Source: a virus
Lineage: Duplodnaviria > Caudoviricetes
Length of the DNA: 59,152 bases
Reading direction: 5' to 3' (one strand)
Virus record (IMG/VR): IMGVR_UViG_3300043764_000029
Coordinates: 1 to 59,152 of that record
Below, one piece after another: positions 28,698 through 38,214 of this stretch. The position numbers and the translations under genes were made by a program. Numbering within the stretch: position 1 is the first letter of the stretch; each line of letters begins with the position of its first letter. Below the pieces are notes generated by a model. The model had not been told where the DNA came from. It ran no database searches and saw only the letters and a list, made by a program, of their open reading frames with translations.

Positions 28698-28982
28698 GGG
28701 CACGAAGAGCCGGAGCCGAGTCGTCTCGCACTTGGGGGTGCCTGAACCGACTCGACCCCGGCCGTCTCGCTGCGGGGGCCCATGTCGCCCCGCCGAGCCC
28801 GCCCGCCGACGGGAGCTTCATTACCCAGGAATCGAACATATGATCCCGCCATCTGCGTTTAGGCACAACAGTGCTTACATGCAGGTGGCGGACCGTTCGA
28901 GCAAGTGGAGCGTACCCACTTGCTTCGAGATGCACCTATATGGGTGCGGACTTTTTCCGCAGGTCAGACCAGCGTTGTTTGG

Positions 28983-29225
28983 ATGCCCGCCAAGATCCAC
29001 CTGCCGCCGGAGCTCGCCGCCGACCGACAGCGAGACGGTGCCCGCATCCGTCGCCTACGCCGCGACCGCGGATGGACCCAGGAGAACCTTGCCGAGCGAA
29101 GCGGGCTCGACCGCAACACGATCAGCCGCATGGAGACCGGCACCCGCGGGCTACCGATCACCGCCTACTACCTCGTCGCCCACAGCCTCGGCGTCCCGCT
29201 GTGGCGACTCTTCCGGGACGAGTGA
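28983..29225 (+). CDS. Small XRE HTH regulator
   Basis: IRRLRRDRGWTQENLAERSGLDRNTISRMETG. Confidence 0.88.
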   Translation: MPAKIHLPPELAADRQRDGARIRRLRRDRGWTQENLAERSGLDRNTISRMETGTRGLPITAYYLVAHSLGVPLWRLFRDE

Positions 29226-29229
29226 TGAA

Positions 29230-29267
29230 GCCGTCCGGGCCCCCGTGGGGGCGCGGGCCCGGACGGC
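29230..29267. terminator. Hairpin between convergent genes
   Basis: GCCGTCCGGGCCC..GGGCCCGGACGGC. Confidence 0.7.
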
Positions 29268-29270
29268 GCT

Positions 29271-30060
29271 CTAGGGCGATGCGGGCAGGCGGCCTCGCGC
29301 ACCGGCAGACTTCCGGAGAGCCTTCGTCAGGGCCTGGGCAGTGACGAGGTTGACTCGCCCGAGGTTGATCAGCGGTGTGCCGCCCACGGTGCTCGCCAGG
29401 TCGACGCCGACGGACGGCAGGAGGACGCCTACAGCACTCAGGGCTTGCTCCAGGTCGGCGAGAACTGCGTCCGCCTGGGCCCAAGGGTCTTCAACGCTCA
29501 TCGCTAGGCCCACCGAATCAGCATCTCGGTCTCGTGCGCGCGATGTCCCACCTGCAGCGGCGCGGTCCACCGGCCATCGCGCTCGAGAACCGCGCGGATA
29601 CCCGGCTCGGCAGCCGGCGCCAGAGCCCGCATTGTGGAGTGCCACGCCGGGAGCCACGCCTCAACATCGGCGACTTGGCGTAGGGCGTCCATCGCGTTCG
29701 CCAGCGTCGGATACGTCGCGGCCGGCATCACGTCACCGCTGATCGACGCCTCCACCCGTGCGGTCACTGGGCCGCTCCCAGGTGCTCCGTGCAGACGGCA
29801 ATGTCGTAGTCCCGAACGATGTCCTCGCCATCCGGAACGCTGATCATGCCAGCGGGGTATAGGGGTTGCTCCCGGGTTCCGCAGACGTGGCATCGGTCGG
29901 AAAACAGCAAGAGCAGGGCAGTGTCGTTGGCTGATGCCGTGATCGGTCCGGAGTAGCCGAGATGGCCGGATGCGGCTTGCGCGAGTGTGCTGCGTCGCTC
30001 GCGGTCGGCGGGCGTGCGCCGGATGGGGACAGAGTGTGGCTGACCAGGCCTCATGATCAT
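29271..30060 (-). CDS. Three small proteins (29764..30060; 29504..29767; 29271..29501)
   Basis: Coupled ORFs downstream of the large XRE gene. Confidence 0.6.
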
Positions 30061-30159
30061 TCCTCGTGGTTGTCGAAGCACCGACAGTGACGAGTCTGAC
30101 CAAGAACAAGGGCCGGAAGTATCACACCTTGGTGATAGTTCCGGCCCTTCGAGGATCTG

Positions 30160-31344
30160 TCACATGCCAACCCAATGTGCCAGGTTGGACAGTGTCCCAG
30201 GCGTTGCCCGCTTTGCAGCCACAAGCCCCGAGACGGTCTCTCGCACCGTCGGGTGATACCTCATCTGCTGCGGCGCCATCTCCCGGGCCCGCCAGAGATT
30301 CCGCAGCGATGCCTCGGTCTGTCCGATCCACAGCTGGGCACGCGCGACCTCGGCAATGTGCGCCGACGCACGCGACCGCGCCCACGACTCCGGAATCACC
30401 ATCCGCCCGGCAACCGCCACGGCCTCCGCGTACTTGTCCATCTCGGCGAAGGTGCTGACCTCGTGCGCTGCGACGTTCAACGGCCCGAACGACAGCCAGT
30501 AGACCTGCTCGGCAGGGCCCGTCAGTTCAGCGATCCGGCGGGCCTCGTCAATGTGCCCAGCCGCGGCATCGCCATCCCCGGACCGGGCCTGAATAACCGC
30601 CCCACCCAGGTGCAGCTGCCCGGACACCACGTCACGCAGTCGGCCAGAGTCGGCCTGCTCCAGAGTGCTCAGCCCCACGGCCACGAGCCTCTGACCGGTC
30701 CGGTACTGGCTGGAGCGGAGATAGACGAGGGACCGAAGGTACTGGCGAACGGCAGAGAGGACTGGATCGGCAGCGCGCTGAGCCGCCCACTCCATCCGGT
30801 CGAGCGCGACGACGCACAGGTCGGGGTATCCGAGCTTCGAGGTGACATCGTAGGCCGTACGGTAGGTGGAGGCGAGCGTGCGCCAGGCGTCTGCGGTCGG
30901 CTGCGCATGTGCCGCCGTGGTGGCCTCCGCGATCAGCGACGGCAGCTTGGACGCGACCAGCTTGAGGTTGGTCGCACGAACCTCGGCGCACAGATGCTCG
31001 GCCTCTGCGGCAATGACGCGGAGCGGGCGTGGGCTGATCTCAGGATCCGCGCCGAGGTCATACAGGTCGAGGGCCTCGCGGATCGGCTGGATGAGGATGT
31101 CCAGCTCGTCCTGGCGGAGTTCAGTGAGGTACGGCTGCCCGGTAAGGTCCACAGTCTGGACGGCCAGAGTGCGCGCAATAGCCCCGATCACCGCAGGACT
31201 GGCAGGCTTTGCCCCGATCTCGATCTTAGTGAGAAGGCTGTAGGACACGCGTGCGCGCTCGGCGAGAGCGCGTTGCGTGAGATGGCGCAGCTTGCGGTAG
31301 TGCGCGATCCGTGCGCCGGTGTGCTCGGCCGAGTGCTGGGGCAT
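30160..31344 (-). CDS. Large XRE-family regulator with helical (TPR-like) C-terminal domain
   Basis: GARIAHYRKLRHLTQRALAERARVSYSLLTKIE; helical repeats; FGPLNV..APQQMRYHP. Confidence 0.85.
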   Translation of the reverse strand: MPQHSAEHTGARIAHYRKLRHLTQRALAERARVSYSLLTKIEIGAKPASPAVIGAIARTLAVQTVDLTGQPYLTELRQDELDILIQPIREALDLYDLGADPEISPRPLRVIAAEAEHLCAEVRATNLKLVASKLPSLIAEATTAAHAQPTADAWRTLASTYRTAYDVTSKLGYPDLCVVALDRMEWAAQRAADPVLSAVRQYLRSLVYLRSSQYRTGQRLVAVGLSTLEQADSGRLRDVVSGQLHLGGAVIQARSGDGDAAAGHIDEARRIAELTGPAEQVYWLSFGPLNVAAHEVSTFAEMDKYAEAVAVAGRMVIPESWARSRASAHIAEVARAQLWIGQTEASLRNLWRAREMAPQQMRYHPTVRETVSGLVAAKRATPGTLSNLAHWVGM

Positions 31345-31460
31345 ACTGGACTCCGTTCCTTGCGACCACTTGGAACGGTACCCCTTCGTGGGGTCGAAGC
31401 ACACGAGAGGGGTCCGGCATCGGGCCCCTCTCGTGCGTTTCGTCCGTGGGATCATGAGGT

Positions 31461-31637
31461 GTGCCCGAGTTTCCTTGTGACCTACTGGAGTTGCAGGACG
31501 CGTTGCTGCGCGCTGAGGCGGCATACCGGGAACAGGTCGGGGTGCTGTACGGGCATCCGGTGATGGTGCAGGCGCGCGCGGACGGGACCATTGCGGATGT
31601 GTCAGCCCGGTTGCGCGCGGCAGCCAAGACGGCCTGA
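31461..31637 (+). CDS. 58-aa hypothetical protein
   Basis: Hand translation MPEFPCDLLELQDALLRAEAAY..; below ORF-track cutoff. Confidence 0.5.
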   Translation: MPEFPCDLLELQDALLRAEAAYREQVGVLYGHPVMVQARADGTIADVSARLRAAAKTA

Positions 31638-31717
31638 CACGGTCTCACCAACCGGGTATCACCCACGCCCCACGCGCGGTACCGTCACATCCTGGCCACA
31701 ACCCGGGAGGCGACGCC

Positions 31718-32095
31718 ATGCGCGCCCGAACAGCCACCCTGTTAGCCCTCGTACCACTCGCCGCAGGCTGCCGTGTCTTCCCGGCGCCCACAGTGGTCGG
31801 TACCGCCAACGCCACCACCCTGGTCAACCCAACCCAGTACGGCGACGCCCAGCTCTTATCCTGCGGACCAGGCGCCACCGCCCAGGTCACCATCACCAAC
31901 CACGGCCCCACGACGGCCAACTACACCATCACCGTCGCGTACCGTTCCGACGACGGCCGCGTCGCCACCCGCGGCGTCCTCGAGGTCAGCCGACTCGCTG
32001 CCGGCCAGACCGCATCGTCACCAGCCCCCGGGGCCCCGATGGAGAACGTCCTCACCTGCGCCCTCGAGGACGTCCAGCGCCATCCGGCTGGCTGA
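31718..32095 (+). CDS. Lipoprotein
   Basis: Signal peptide with lipobox LAAG|C; beta-rich domain; terminator hairpin ~32105-32137. Confidence 0.8.
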   Translation: MRARTATLLALVPLAAGCRVFPAPTVVGTANATTLVNPTQYGDAQLLSCGPGATAQVTITNHGPTTANYTITVAYRSDDGRVATRGVLEVSRLAAGQTASSPAPGAPMENVLTCALEDVQRHPAG

Positions 32096-32142
32096 GACAC
32101 GACGACGCCCCGCCCTCCCATAGGAGAACGGGGCGTCAGCGC

Positions 32143-32427
32143 TCAGTGCTGGTACAGGGCGACGACGCCAGCGACCCCAGCGGCCGCGGCCGCGAGGACA
32201 CCGATCGTTGGCCATGGCCAGCGCCCCGCCTCGAGGTGTCGGAGCCGGCTCTCGTGGTCGTCAAGTCGGCTGTCGACCTCGCGATTGGTGTTCCCGAGAG
32301 CGTCCAGCTTCTGCTCGATCTTCGCCTCGAACCGGATGAGGCCGTCAGCCACTCGGCGGAACTCCTGATACATCTGGGCCTGTGTGATGACCACCCCACC
32401 GTCGTCGCCCCCGAGGGGCGTGCTCAC
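32143..32427 (-). CDS. Lysis-cassette membrane protein (coiled coil plus C-terminal TM)
   Basis: DDHESRLRHLEAGRWP followed by a TM helix. Confidence 0.7.
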   Translation of the reverse strand: MSTPLGGDDGGVVITQAQMYQEFRRVADGLIRFEAKIEQKLDALGNTNREVDSRLDDHESRLRHLEAGRWPWPTIGVLAAAAAGVAGVVALYQH

Positions 32428-32780
32428 GGTGCGGCCGGCGGAACGGTGCCGTTCGAGGCCGCCGGAGGCACGATCGGGGTCACGGTGGCCGGGGCGGCGC
32501 CCGGAGCCGGGACGTTCGACTGCACGAAGTTCATGAGGTGGAGCCGGTCCGCGAGACTCGCCCAGGGCACCACCGGCGCGAACTGCCGGTACACCGCCTC
32601 CGCCGCGCCCACCGCGACGGACAGCAGCACCTTCCGGTCGAGGTGATCGGTGCCGAGCGCCGCGAGCTGCGACACGAACGCGAACACGAACAGGCGGAGC
32701 ACCCGGGCGGCCTGCTGGCGCACGTGCGCGCTCCCGAGGTCCTTCTTGAGCTGGTCGACGATGAACATGTGATCTCCCAT
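32424..32780 (-). CDS. Putative holin
   Basis: Two hydrophobic segments; downstream of endolysin. Confidence 0.6.
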   Translation of the reverse strand: MGDHMFIVDQLKKDLGSAHVRQQAARVLRLFVFAFVSQLAALGTDHLDRKVLLSVAVGAAEAVYRQFAPVVPWASLADRLHLMNFVQSNVPAPGAAPATVTPIVPPAASNGTVPPAAP

Positions 32781-33037
32781 CAGGCGCGCAGGGCGCGGTC
32801 GTAGGCGCGGAGCTGGTTGAACTCCTCGTCGGAGCCGAACGCGATCTCGTAATCGCAGGCCGGCGAGCCCCACAGGGTCCACTCGGCGGCGGTGATCTGG
32901 CGGACGAACCCGGTGGGCCAGATACCGAAGACCTCGGTGCCTTCACCCTGCTGAGGGTCGCCCTTGACGAGGATGAGTCCCTCCGGCTTCGGGTGGCTCG
33001 GCGCGCTCGCGGGAGCCGGGGTAGCGGTGGTGCTCAT
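32780..33037 (-). CDS. 85-aa protein, possible endolysin partner or wall-binding subunit
   Basis: Starts 2 nt after the lysin stop; Pro/Ala linker-like N-terminus. Confidence 0.55.
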   Translation of the reverse strand: MSTTATPAPASAPSHPKPEGLILVKGDPQQGEGTEVFGIWPTGFVRQITAAEWTLWGSPACDYEIAFGSDEEFNQLRAYDRALRA

Positions 33038-33039
33038 GG

Positions 33040-33675
33040 TCAGACTCCGATCGCTCGGTACGCCCGCGGCCGGTGGTGGCGCGGGGACGGGTTGGGGATG
33101 GGCGCGGCCGGGCTGATCCCGGGCATCCACTGCCCGTAGTCAGCGGTCATGGCCGTGTTGCGGTCGCAATCGACGCCGTTGATAGTGATCGAGCCCTCCT
33201 GGCGCAGGTGCGCGTGGACGTCCCAGACACCGCCGGACCACGCATCCGTCTGCCAGTACCAGGACACGAGCCCCGAAGCGGACCCGCCCTGGATGACCCG
33301 TAGGCCGCCGTACACACCGCTGCGCGCCGGACCGAGGACCGACGCCCAGCCCGCGGCGTACGGCTCGACGCTGGCCCAGTCGGTGTCCGTGTCCACGGCG
33401 AAGTAGATCGGCCGCGAGTCGGGCATGCCGGCGGCAACGGCCTGCGCGTACGCCAGCTGCGCGTCCGCGACGCCAGCAGCGTGCCCGGCGAGGGGCCGCT
33501 GCGCGCTGTCCTCGAAGACGCAGGCCGACCAGACGCCGTGCGCGGCATTGTCGTCCGCCTCGGCCCTCGTGATGTCCTTGCTGCTGTCGTGCCCCAGGTA
33601 CCGGGCCGCGCCCTGGACGCCCGCAGCCTGAAGGGCCGCGCCGCCTGGGTGCGACCACGCGTAGTCGACGATCAC
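33040..33675 (-). CDS. Endolysin, DUF1906 (Rv2525c-like) glycoside hydrolase
   Basis: DYAW..ARYL..VFE..G.ADA..PIYFAVD..GVYGG..WQT.AWS. Confidence 0.88.
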   Translation of the reverse strand: MIVDYAWSHPGGAALQAAGVQGAARYLGHDSSKDITRAEADDNAAHGVWSACVFEDSAQRPLAGHAAGVADAQLAYAQAVAAGMPDSRPIYFAVDTDTDWASVEPYAAGWASVLGPARSGVYGGLRVIQGGSASGLVSWYWQTDAWSGGVWDVHAHLRQEGSITINGVDCDRNTAMTADYGQWMPGISPAAPIPNPSPRHHRPRAYRAIGV

Positions 33676-33815
33676 GGCGTCTCCTTCAGTTGGTGTAGCT
33701 GGGTGATGTGGCGGCGGATCAGGACGTGATGGGCGGCGGCCAGCGGCACCCACAGGACGTTGGCGGCCAGGTTCGGCCAGATCTGGCCCCACGCACCCCA
33801 CAGCCACCCGCTCAT
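33672..33815 (-). CDS. 47-aa Trp-rich membrane peptide
   Basis: ATGA/GTGA overlaps on both sides. Confidence 0.55.
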   Translation of the reverse strand: MSGWLWGAWGQIWPNLAANVLWVPLAAAHHVLIRRHITQLHQLKETP

Positions 33816-34276
33816 GACGCTGCCTCGTCCGACCGGTCCGGCGGCTGCACGCCCAGGTGCATCCCGATGGCCCGGTTCCAGGCGAGCGACTCCTCGTTGA
33901 CCTCGAAGTCGTGCTCAGCTCGGACCCGGTCGTGCTCGCCCTGCCGGTTCTGGCTCATGAGGATGATCGGCGTGGCGTACGCCGCCTCAGCTGACATGAA
34001 CAGGTTCAAAAATACGAATGGGAACGGATCCCACTGCGCCTGAGTGATCATCAGGACGACGGCGTCCTGCGGGCTGTGCGCGGCGCCCACGACCTGGAGC
34101 AGGGCGATGATGGCCTGCGTGTTGACGAACATCCAGATCGCCATGAGCACGGTCTGGATGATGATGAACTTCCAGGAGCCGACGAACGACGCGACCGCGT
34201 CCGCGACCCGGTCGCCGAACGTCCGGTCGTCGTGCCGGGCGATGTTCGCCGGGTGCCGGTGCATCTCGTCCATCAC
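33812..34276 (-). CDS. DUF1003 membrane protein
   Basis: GDRVADAVASFVGSWKF..DPFPFVFLNL..A.P.ILMSQNRQ..DR. Confidence 0.88.
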   Translation of the reverse strand: MMDEMHRHPANIARHDDRTFGDRVADAVASFVGSWKFIIIQTVLMAIWMFVNTQAIIALLQVVGAAHSPQDAVVLMITQAQWDPFPFVFLNLFMSAEAAYATPIILMSQNRQGEHDRVRAEHDFEVNEESLAWNRAIGMHLGVQPPDRSDEAAS

Positions 34277-34812
34277 GCCGCCTTCCTGGCCGCAGCGGCG
34301 AGCATGTGCGCGTGGATCGCGTCGACCCGGGCGAGCGCCTCGGCGGCCATGACCTCGTCGCGGATTATGGTGAGCTCGTTGTCCTGGAGCTCCTCGCCAC
34401 TGTGGCTCAGATTGGTGGAGCCGCTGACCCGGTAGACGCCGTCGATCACCATCAGCTTCATGTGCTGAATGGCACCCTTCTCGGACCGGCCGATCGCGAT
34501 GCTGGACGCGGGGTACGACTCCCGGGCGAGGATCTCGCGCTCGTGTACCGCGCCAGCCTGGCTGGAGTCGAGGGTGAGCTGCACCTCGATGTCGGGGTCG
34601 GTGAGCTTCTGCTTGATGACGTCGGCGAGTTCGTCGTCGTCGAAGCCGTACATCGCGATGCTGAGGCTGCTGGACGCCGAGCGGACGAGAGCGAGCAGCG
34701 CGCCGTGGACGTCGTCCACTGGGGAGAAGAACGAGCGGACGTTGCCCGGGTAGCCGGGCGGGAAGCCGCCGCGCTTGTGCGCATCGAGGGCGGTCAGGTC
34801 GGTGATGGCCAT
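34273..34812 (-). CDS. Single-HKD phospholipase D/Nuc superfamily protein
   Basis: HMKLMVID, SGSTNLS, DNEL; SLSIAMYGF. Confidence 0.88.
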   Translation of the reverse strand: MAITDLTALDAHKRGGFPPGYPGNVRSFFSPVDDVHGALLALVRSASSSLSIAMYGFDDDELADVIKQKLTDPDIEVQLTLDSSQAGAVHEREILARESYPASSIAIGRSEKGAIQHMKLMVIDGVYRVSGSTNLSHSGEELQDNELTIIRDEVMAAEALARVDAIHAHMLAAAARKAA

Positions 34813-34903
34813 CCGGAACTCCGTGGAACCAGTGGGACGACAGTGCGATACGGCCACCATGGTGATCAGCCCGCCGGACAAGCCCCCGGCCAGCGCTCTT
34901 GCG

Positions 34904-35419
34904 CTAGTTGGTTCGCGTCAGCCGGATCCACGACCCCGCATACACCGTCGTCGCCGTCGCACTGCTCGCGTTCTGAGCCCACATCAGCTGGATGTTCCCG
35001 GCAGTCGACGACACGGTGACGTAACCGCGCGGCGTCGCCGCATTGTGCGCACCACCAGTGCCATACGTGCCCGCGGTCAAGACGTTGCCGCTCAGGTTGG
35101 TGTTCGACGCGTACTTCTGCGAGGTGTCGTTCGACGCGTTACCGAGCGGCCCCCAGCGGAGCGTGGCACTGGCCGGCAGCGACCAGTCGAACTTGATGTC
35201 GCCCGTGCCCGGACCGAACTGGCCGTCGTAGTCGATGAACCCGTCCAGCAGGTACGTGCCGTTGGCCACCACGGGCAGCGTGAGCTCAAGGTCGTTGACC
35301 AGTGTCGTCGACGACGTCACGGACTGGTTCACGGTTTTCGTGACCGTCACCGGCAGCATCGAGTTCAGCAGCGCCGCGGTGATCCGCTGACCGGCCGCTA
35401 TCGACGGAAACGTCGCCAT
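34904..35419 (-). CDS. Minor tail protein
   Basis: AGQRITAALLN start; beta-rich; position. Confidence 0.75.
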   Translation of the reverse strand: MATFPSIAAGQRITAALLNSMLPVTVTKTVNQSVTSSTTLVNDLELTLPVVANGTYLLDGFIDYDGQFGPGTGDIKFDWSLPASATLRWGPLGNASNDTSQKYASNTNLSGNVLTAGTYGTGGAHNAATPRGYVTVSSTAGNIQLMWAQNASSATATTVYAGSWIRLTRTN

Positions 35420-35431
35420 CAGATCCTCCTC

Positions 35432-38170
35432 CTACAGCGCCGCGATGGCAGGCTGGAACAGCCGCACGTCAGTGCCGACCGTCTGGGGCTTCACAACGCC
35501 GTTGACCGAGCGAATGACGCTCATCGTCTGCGGCGATACCGACGACACCGACGCGGACGGCACCAGACGAAGACCCCACGCGTACCAGCTGTTAGCGGCG
35601 GCTGGCGTGCCGCCGTGCCGGCCCCGCATGACGGCCCGCGACGCCGACGCCGGCGCTGTGAGCGTCTGCTGGATGAACGTCCACACGCCCGCGGGCACGG
35701 ACGTGGCCGAGCCCAGACCGCTGCTCAGGAACGTGCCGCTGGCGTCGTACCAGTCGACTCCCGGCCGCAGGTCGGACCAGCCGTTAGGGCTGTACGCCCA
35801 CATGCACGCGATGTAGGTGGCCGTCGGCGTCACCGTGCCGACCCCGGTCAAGTTCCCGCGGACACCACCCGATGCCGACACTCCGTCCGGAACGATGAGG
35901 ATCGACGCCGACGCCCCGTAGGCCATGTTCACGATGACCGTGTTGTAGCTGATCGTGCTGCTCTGCGCGTTCCAGCCCGTCAGATCACCGGTGGTGAGGA
36001 ACGCATTCGGGGAACTGAGCACGGTGCCGACCGCGAGGACGGTCACCCGCTCCCCGCCGACCACCAGATCGAACGGGAACTGGGACAGGTCGGTTGTCCA
36101 TGTCGGGCCGCTGGTCGTCGTACTGACGCTCAGCGTGGTGTCCGTCGCGAGGGCACCCGAAGCGAGCTGGCTGCCGTCTGTGTCGGCGCGCCCGTAGAAC
36201 GGGTCATCGGCCACCGCGACCCGGTACGGGGATTCGGGCGCGCCGGTGTACGTGATGACGTGCTGGAAGTGGTCGATCGTCTCGGACGTCCCAAGCGCGA
36301 TCTGGCTGATCCCGTCCGGCGGAAGCCACGCCGGCGTGCTACTCACCGTGATCCGGTCACCCAACCGCACGGCAAGGGCCTGCTGCCGCAACGCCGGGTT
36401 GCTAACGAACGGGGCGCGGGCGAGGTTCAGCGTGATCTGCGGGTACCGGGGTTCGTCGACCGTGCCGAGGTGAAGCCGCCACCCGGCCTGGTCCGAAAGG
36501 CCACTGTCGGAGTCGATGTTCACGGTCTTCGCGTCAGGGTACGGGCCGACGCCTGCGGGAGGATTCAGGATCGACAGCGTCCCCATGGGCAGCTCGGTGG
36601 TGTCCTGGGCGCCACCCGGCCGGGTCACCGTGATCTCGTTACGGGTATACCGGTCGTCGTCGATCGGCTTCGGTGCGGCGGCGAGATGCCCCGCCGAGTA
36701 CGACAACGCGAGCGCAGGCGCCTGGTTCTCCAGGGTCTGCCGGATTCGGTAGCCGAGGCCGATCTGGTCCAGAAGCTCGTACTCGATGCCCATGTCGGCG
36801 GTGACACACTCGGCAAGGACGGTTGACAGGCTTGCGGTGGGCTGGACTCCCATAGCCACGGAAGCAAATTCAGCGCCGATCCGCTCATAGTTGATCCCGT
36901 ACGAGAAGCACATCCGGATGAACCGATAGTCCGCGTTCTCCGAGATCGCGCCTTGCAGGACCGTTGTGTCGTCGTCGTTGCCGAAAGCATCGATCGCCAT
37001 GGACTGGACCCGAATATGACCGAACGCTGTTCCGGCCGCGTCTCCATTGGGGGAAATGGCCACACCGGAGAAGATTCCTGCCTGCTTTCCCGTAGCGGTT
37101 CCGAACGCGTCGTACGCAGTTGTCGGGGTGCCCGTGGCCCCGCTAGTCAGCAAGAATATTCCAGCGTTCACAGACGTGTCCGCGCCGGACTGTGTGATCT
37201 GAAGCGTTACCTGTCCCAGGACACCGTTAATATTCGACGCGAAGGCGGATAGGCTGAAAACGTTCGCGTTGTGCGAGTCGTATCCGATGATTCCGATAGA
37301 TCCGCCGCTTGATGTCGAATAGTAGATGTCCCATCGCTTGACATCACCCGTCGCGGCGACGGAACACAGCACCGTGTTGTTGGTCAGGCCGCCAGCCGGA
37401 ATCACGACAAGGAATACTACCTCACTGCCGATGGGGGCAGCATAAAACGGAACTGACCCACGGAAAGCACTTCCTGAGGTCATCGCAGCAATCGGCGCGG
37501 AACCGGCAAACCCGCTGAAACTTGCCAGCGAGGGCTTACCGGAAATCGTCATCGGCGAGCCCGAAGGAAACCCTGAAGCGATGATCGTCGCGTTCGTCGA
37601 GTCCTCACACGGCCAGTACGCGACCACCGTCGCTATGACCAGCGTCTGACCCACGATTGCCGCACGCAGAGGAGACAGGCTGGGCTGCGTACCCTGACCG
37701 AGCCGCCGCAGAATGCCAGCAGCCTCGATCTCCACCCACACATCCGTACCGGTGGCGTCCCAGTCCTGCGGCCACGCCGTGACCTCGCCCCAGAACCGAT
37801 AGGACTTGGCGGTCCCCGACGGAACGGACACCCGGAGTGGCTGGTTACGGGTCAGCTGACCGTAGTACGGACCCAGTGGGTTCCGCGGCGAGAACTGGCC
37901 GTTGCGATTGTTCAGCTGGAACGCGCAGCGCCCCGGGTTGGTCTGAGCACTCTCGTCCGGCTGACCCCGGTTGATGACGACCTTCCCGCCGCCGTCGCGG
38001 GTCATCACGTACGACGTGATGTCCACCCACACGCCGCCGACGAACAACTCGACCTGCAGCGGGCCGCCACTCGGCATGTCGCCGGCACCCGACGGCGGCG
38101 CAGCGAACGGAACGGGCACGCTCCGGGTTCGGAACGGCCGTGCAGCCAGCTGTGCCGCAACGTTGCCCAT
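35432..38170 (-). CDS. Large minor tail (hub/receptor-binding) protein
   Basis: WVDITSYV..LNNRNGQFSPRNP, AYWPCED, C-terminal CBM-like domain. Confidence 0.85.
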   Translation of the reverse strand: MGNVAAQLAARPFRTRSVPVPFAAPPSGAGDMPSGGPLQVELFVGGVWVDITSYVMTRDGGGKVVINRGQPDESAQTNPGRCAFQLNNRNGQFSPRNPLGPYYGQLTRNQPLRVSVPSGTAKSYRFWGEVTAWPQDWDATGTDVWVEIEAAGILRRLGQGTQPSLSPLRAAIVGQTLVIATVVAYWPCEDSTNATIIASGFPSGSPMTISGKPSLASFSGFAGSAPIAAMTSGSAFRGSVPFYAAPIGSEVVFLVVIPAGGLTNNTVLCSVAATGDVKRWDIYYSTSSGGSIGIIGYDSHNANVFSLSAFASNINGVLGQVTLQITQSGADTSVNAGIFLLTSGATGTPTTAYDAFGTATGKQAGIFSGVAISPNGDAAGTAFGHIRVQSMAIDAFGNDDDTTVLQGAISENADYRFIRMCFSYGINYERIGAEFASVAMGVQPTASLSTVLAECVTADMGIEYELLDQIGLGYRIRQTLENQAPALALSYSAGHLAAAPKPIDDDRYTRNEITVTRPGGAQDTTELPMGTLSILNPPAGVGPYPDAKTVNIDSDSGLSDQAGWRLHLGTVDEPRYPQITLNLARAPFVSNPALRQQALAVRLGDRITVSSTPAWLPPDGISQIALGTSETIDHFQHVITYTGAPESPYRVAVADDPFYGRADTDGSQLASGALATDTTLSVSTTTSGPTWTTDLSQFPFDLVVGGERVTVLAVGTVLSSPNAFLTTGDLTGWNAQSSTISYNTVIVNMAYGASASILIVPDGVSASGGVRGNLTGVGTVTPTATYIACMWAYSPNGWSDLRPGVDWYDASGTFLSSGLGSATSVPAGVWTFIQQTLTAPASASRAVMRGRHGGTPAAANSWYAWGLRLVPSASVSSVSPQTMSVIRSVNGVVKPQTVGTDVRLFQPAIAAL

Positions 38171-38214
38171 ACGACGCCTATCCCGACTCCCTGGCAGTCA
38201 ACGTGATCTGACGG

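Noticed and set aside
28460-28700. tRNA/tmRNA at the attachment site
   Set aside because: No cloverleaf, T-loop or CCA end recognisable
32766-32780. Holin dual-start motif (M-G-D-H-M)
   Set aside because: Lacks the basic residue of lambda S-type motifs; the second Met simply has the better RBS
34775-36826. 683-aa plus-strand ORF and similar long antisense ORFs (e.g. 22914..24470, 39873..41351, 49324..51009)
   Set aside because: Shadow frames of high-GC minus-strand genes that carry clear motifs
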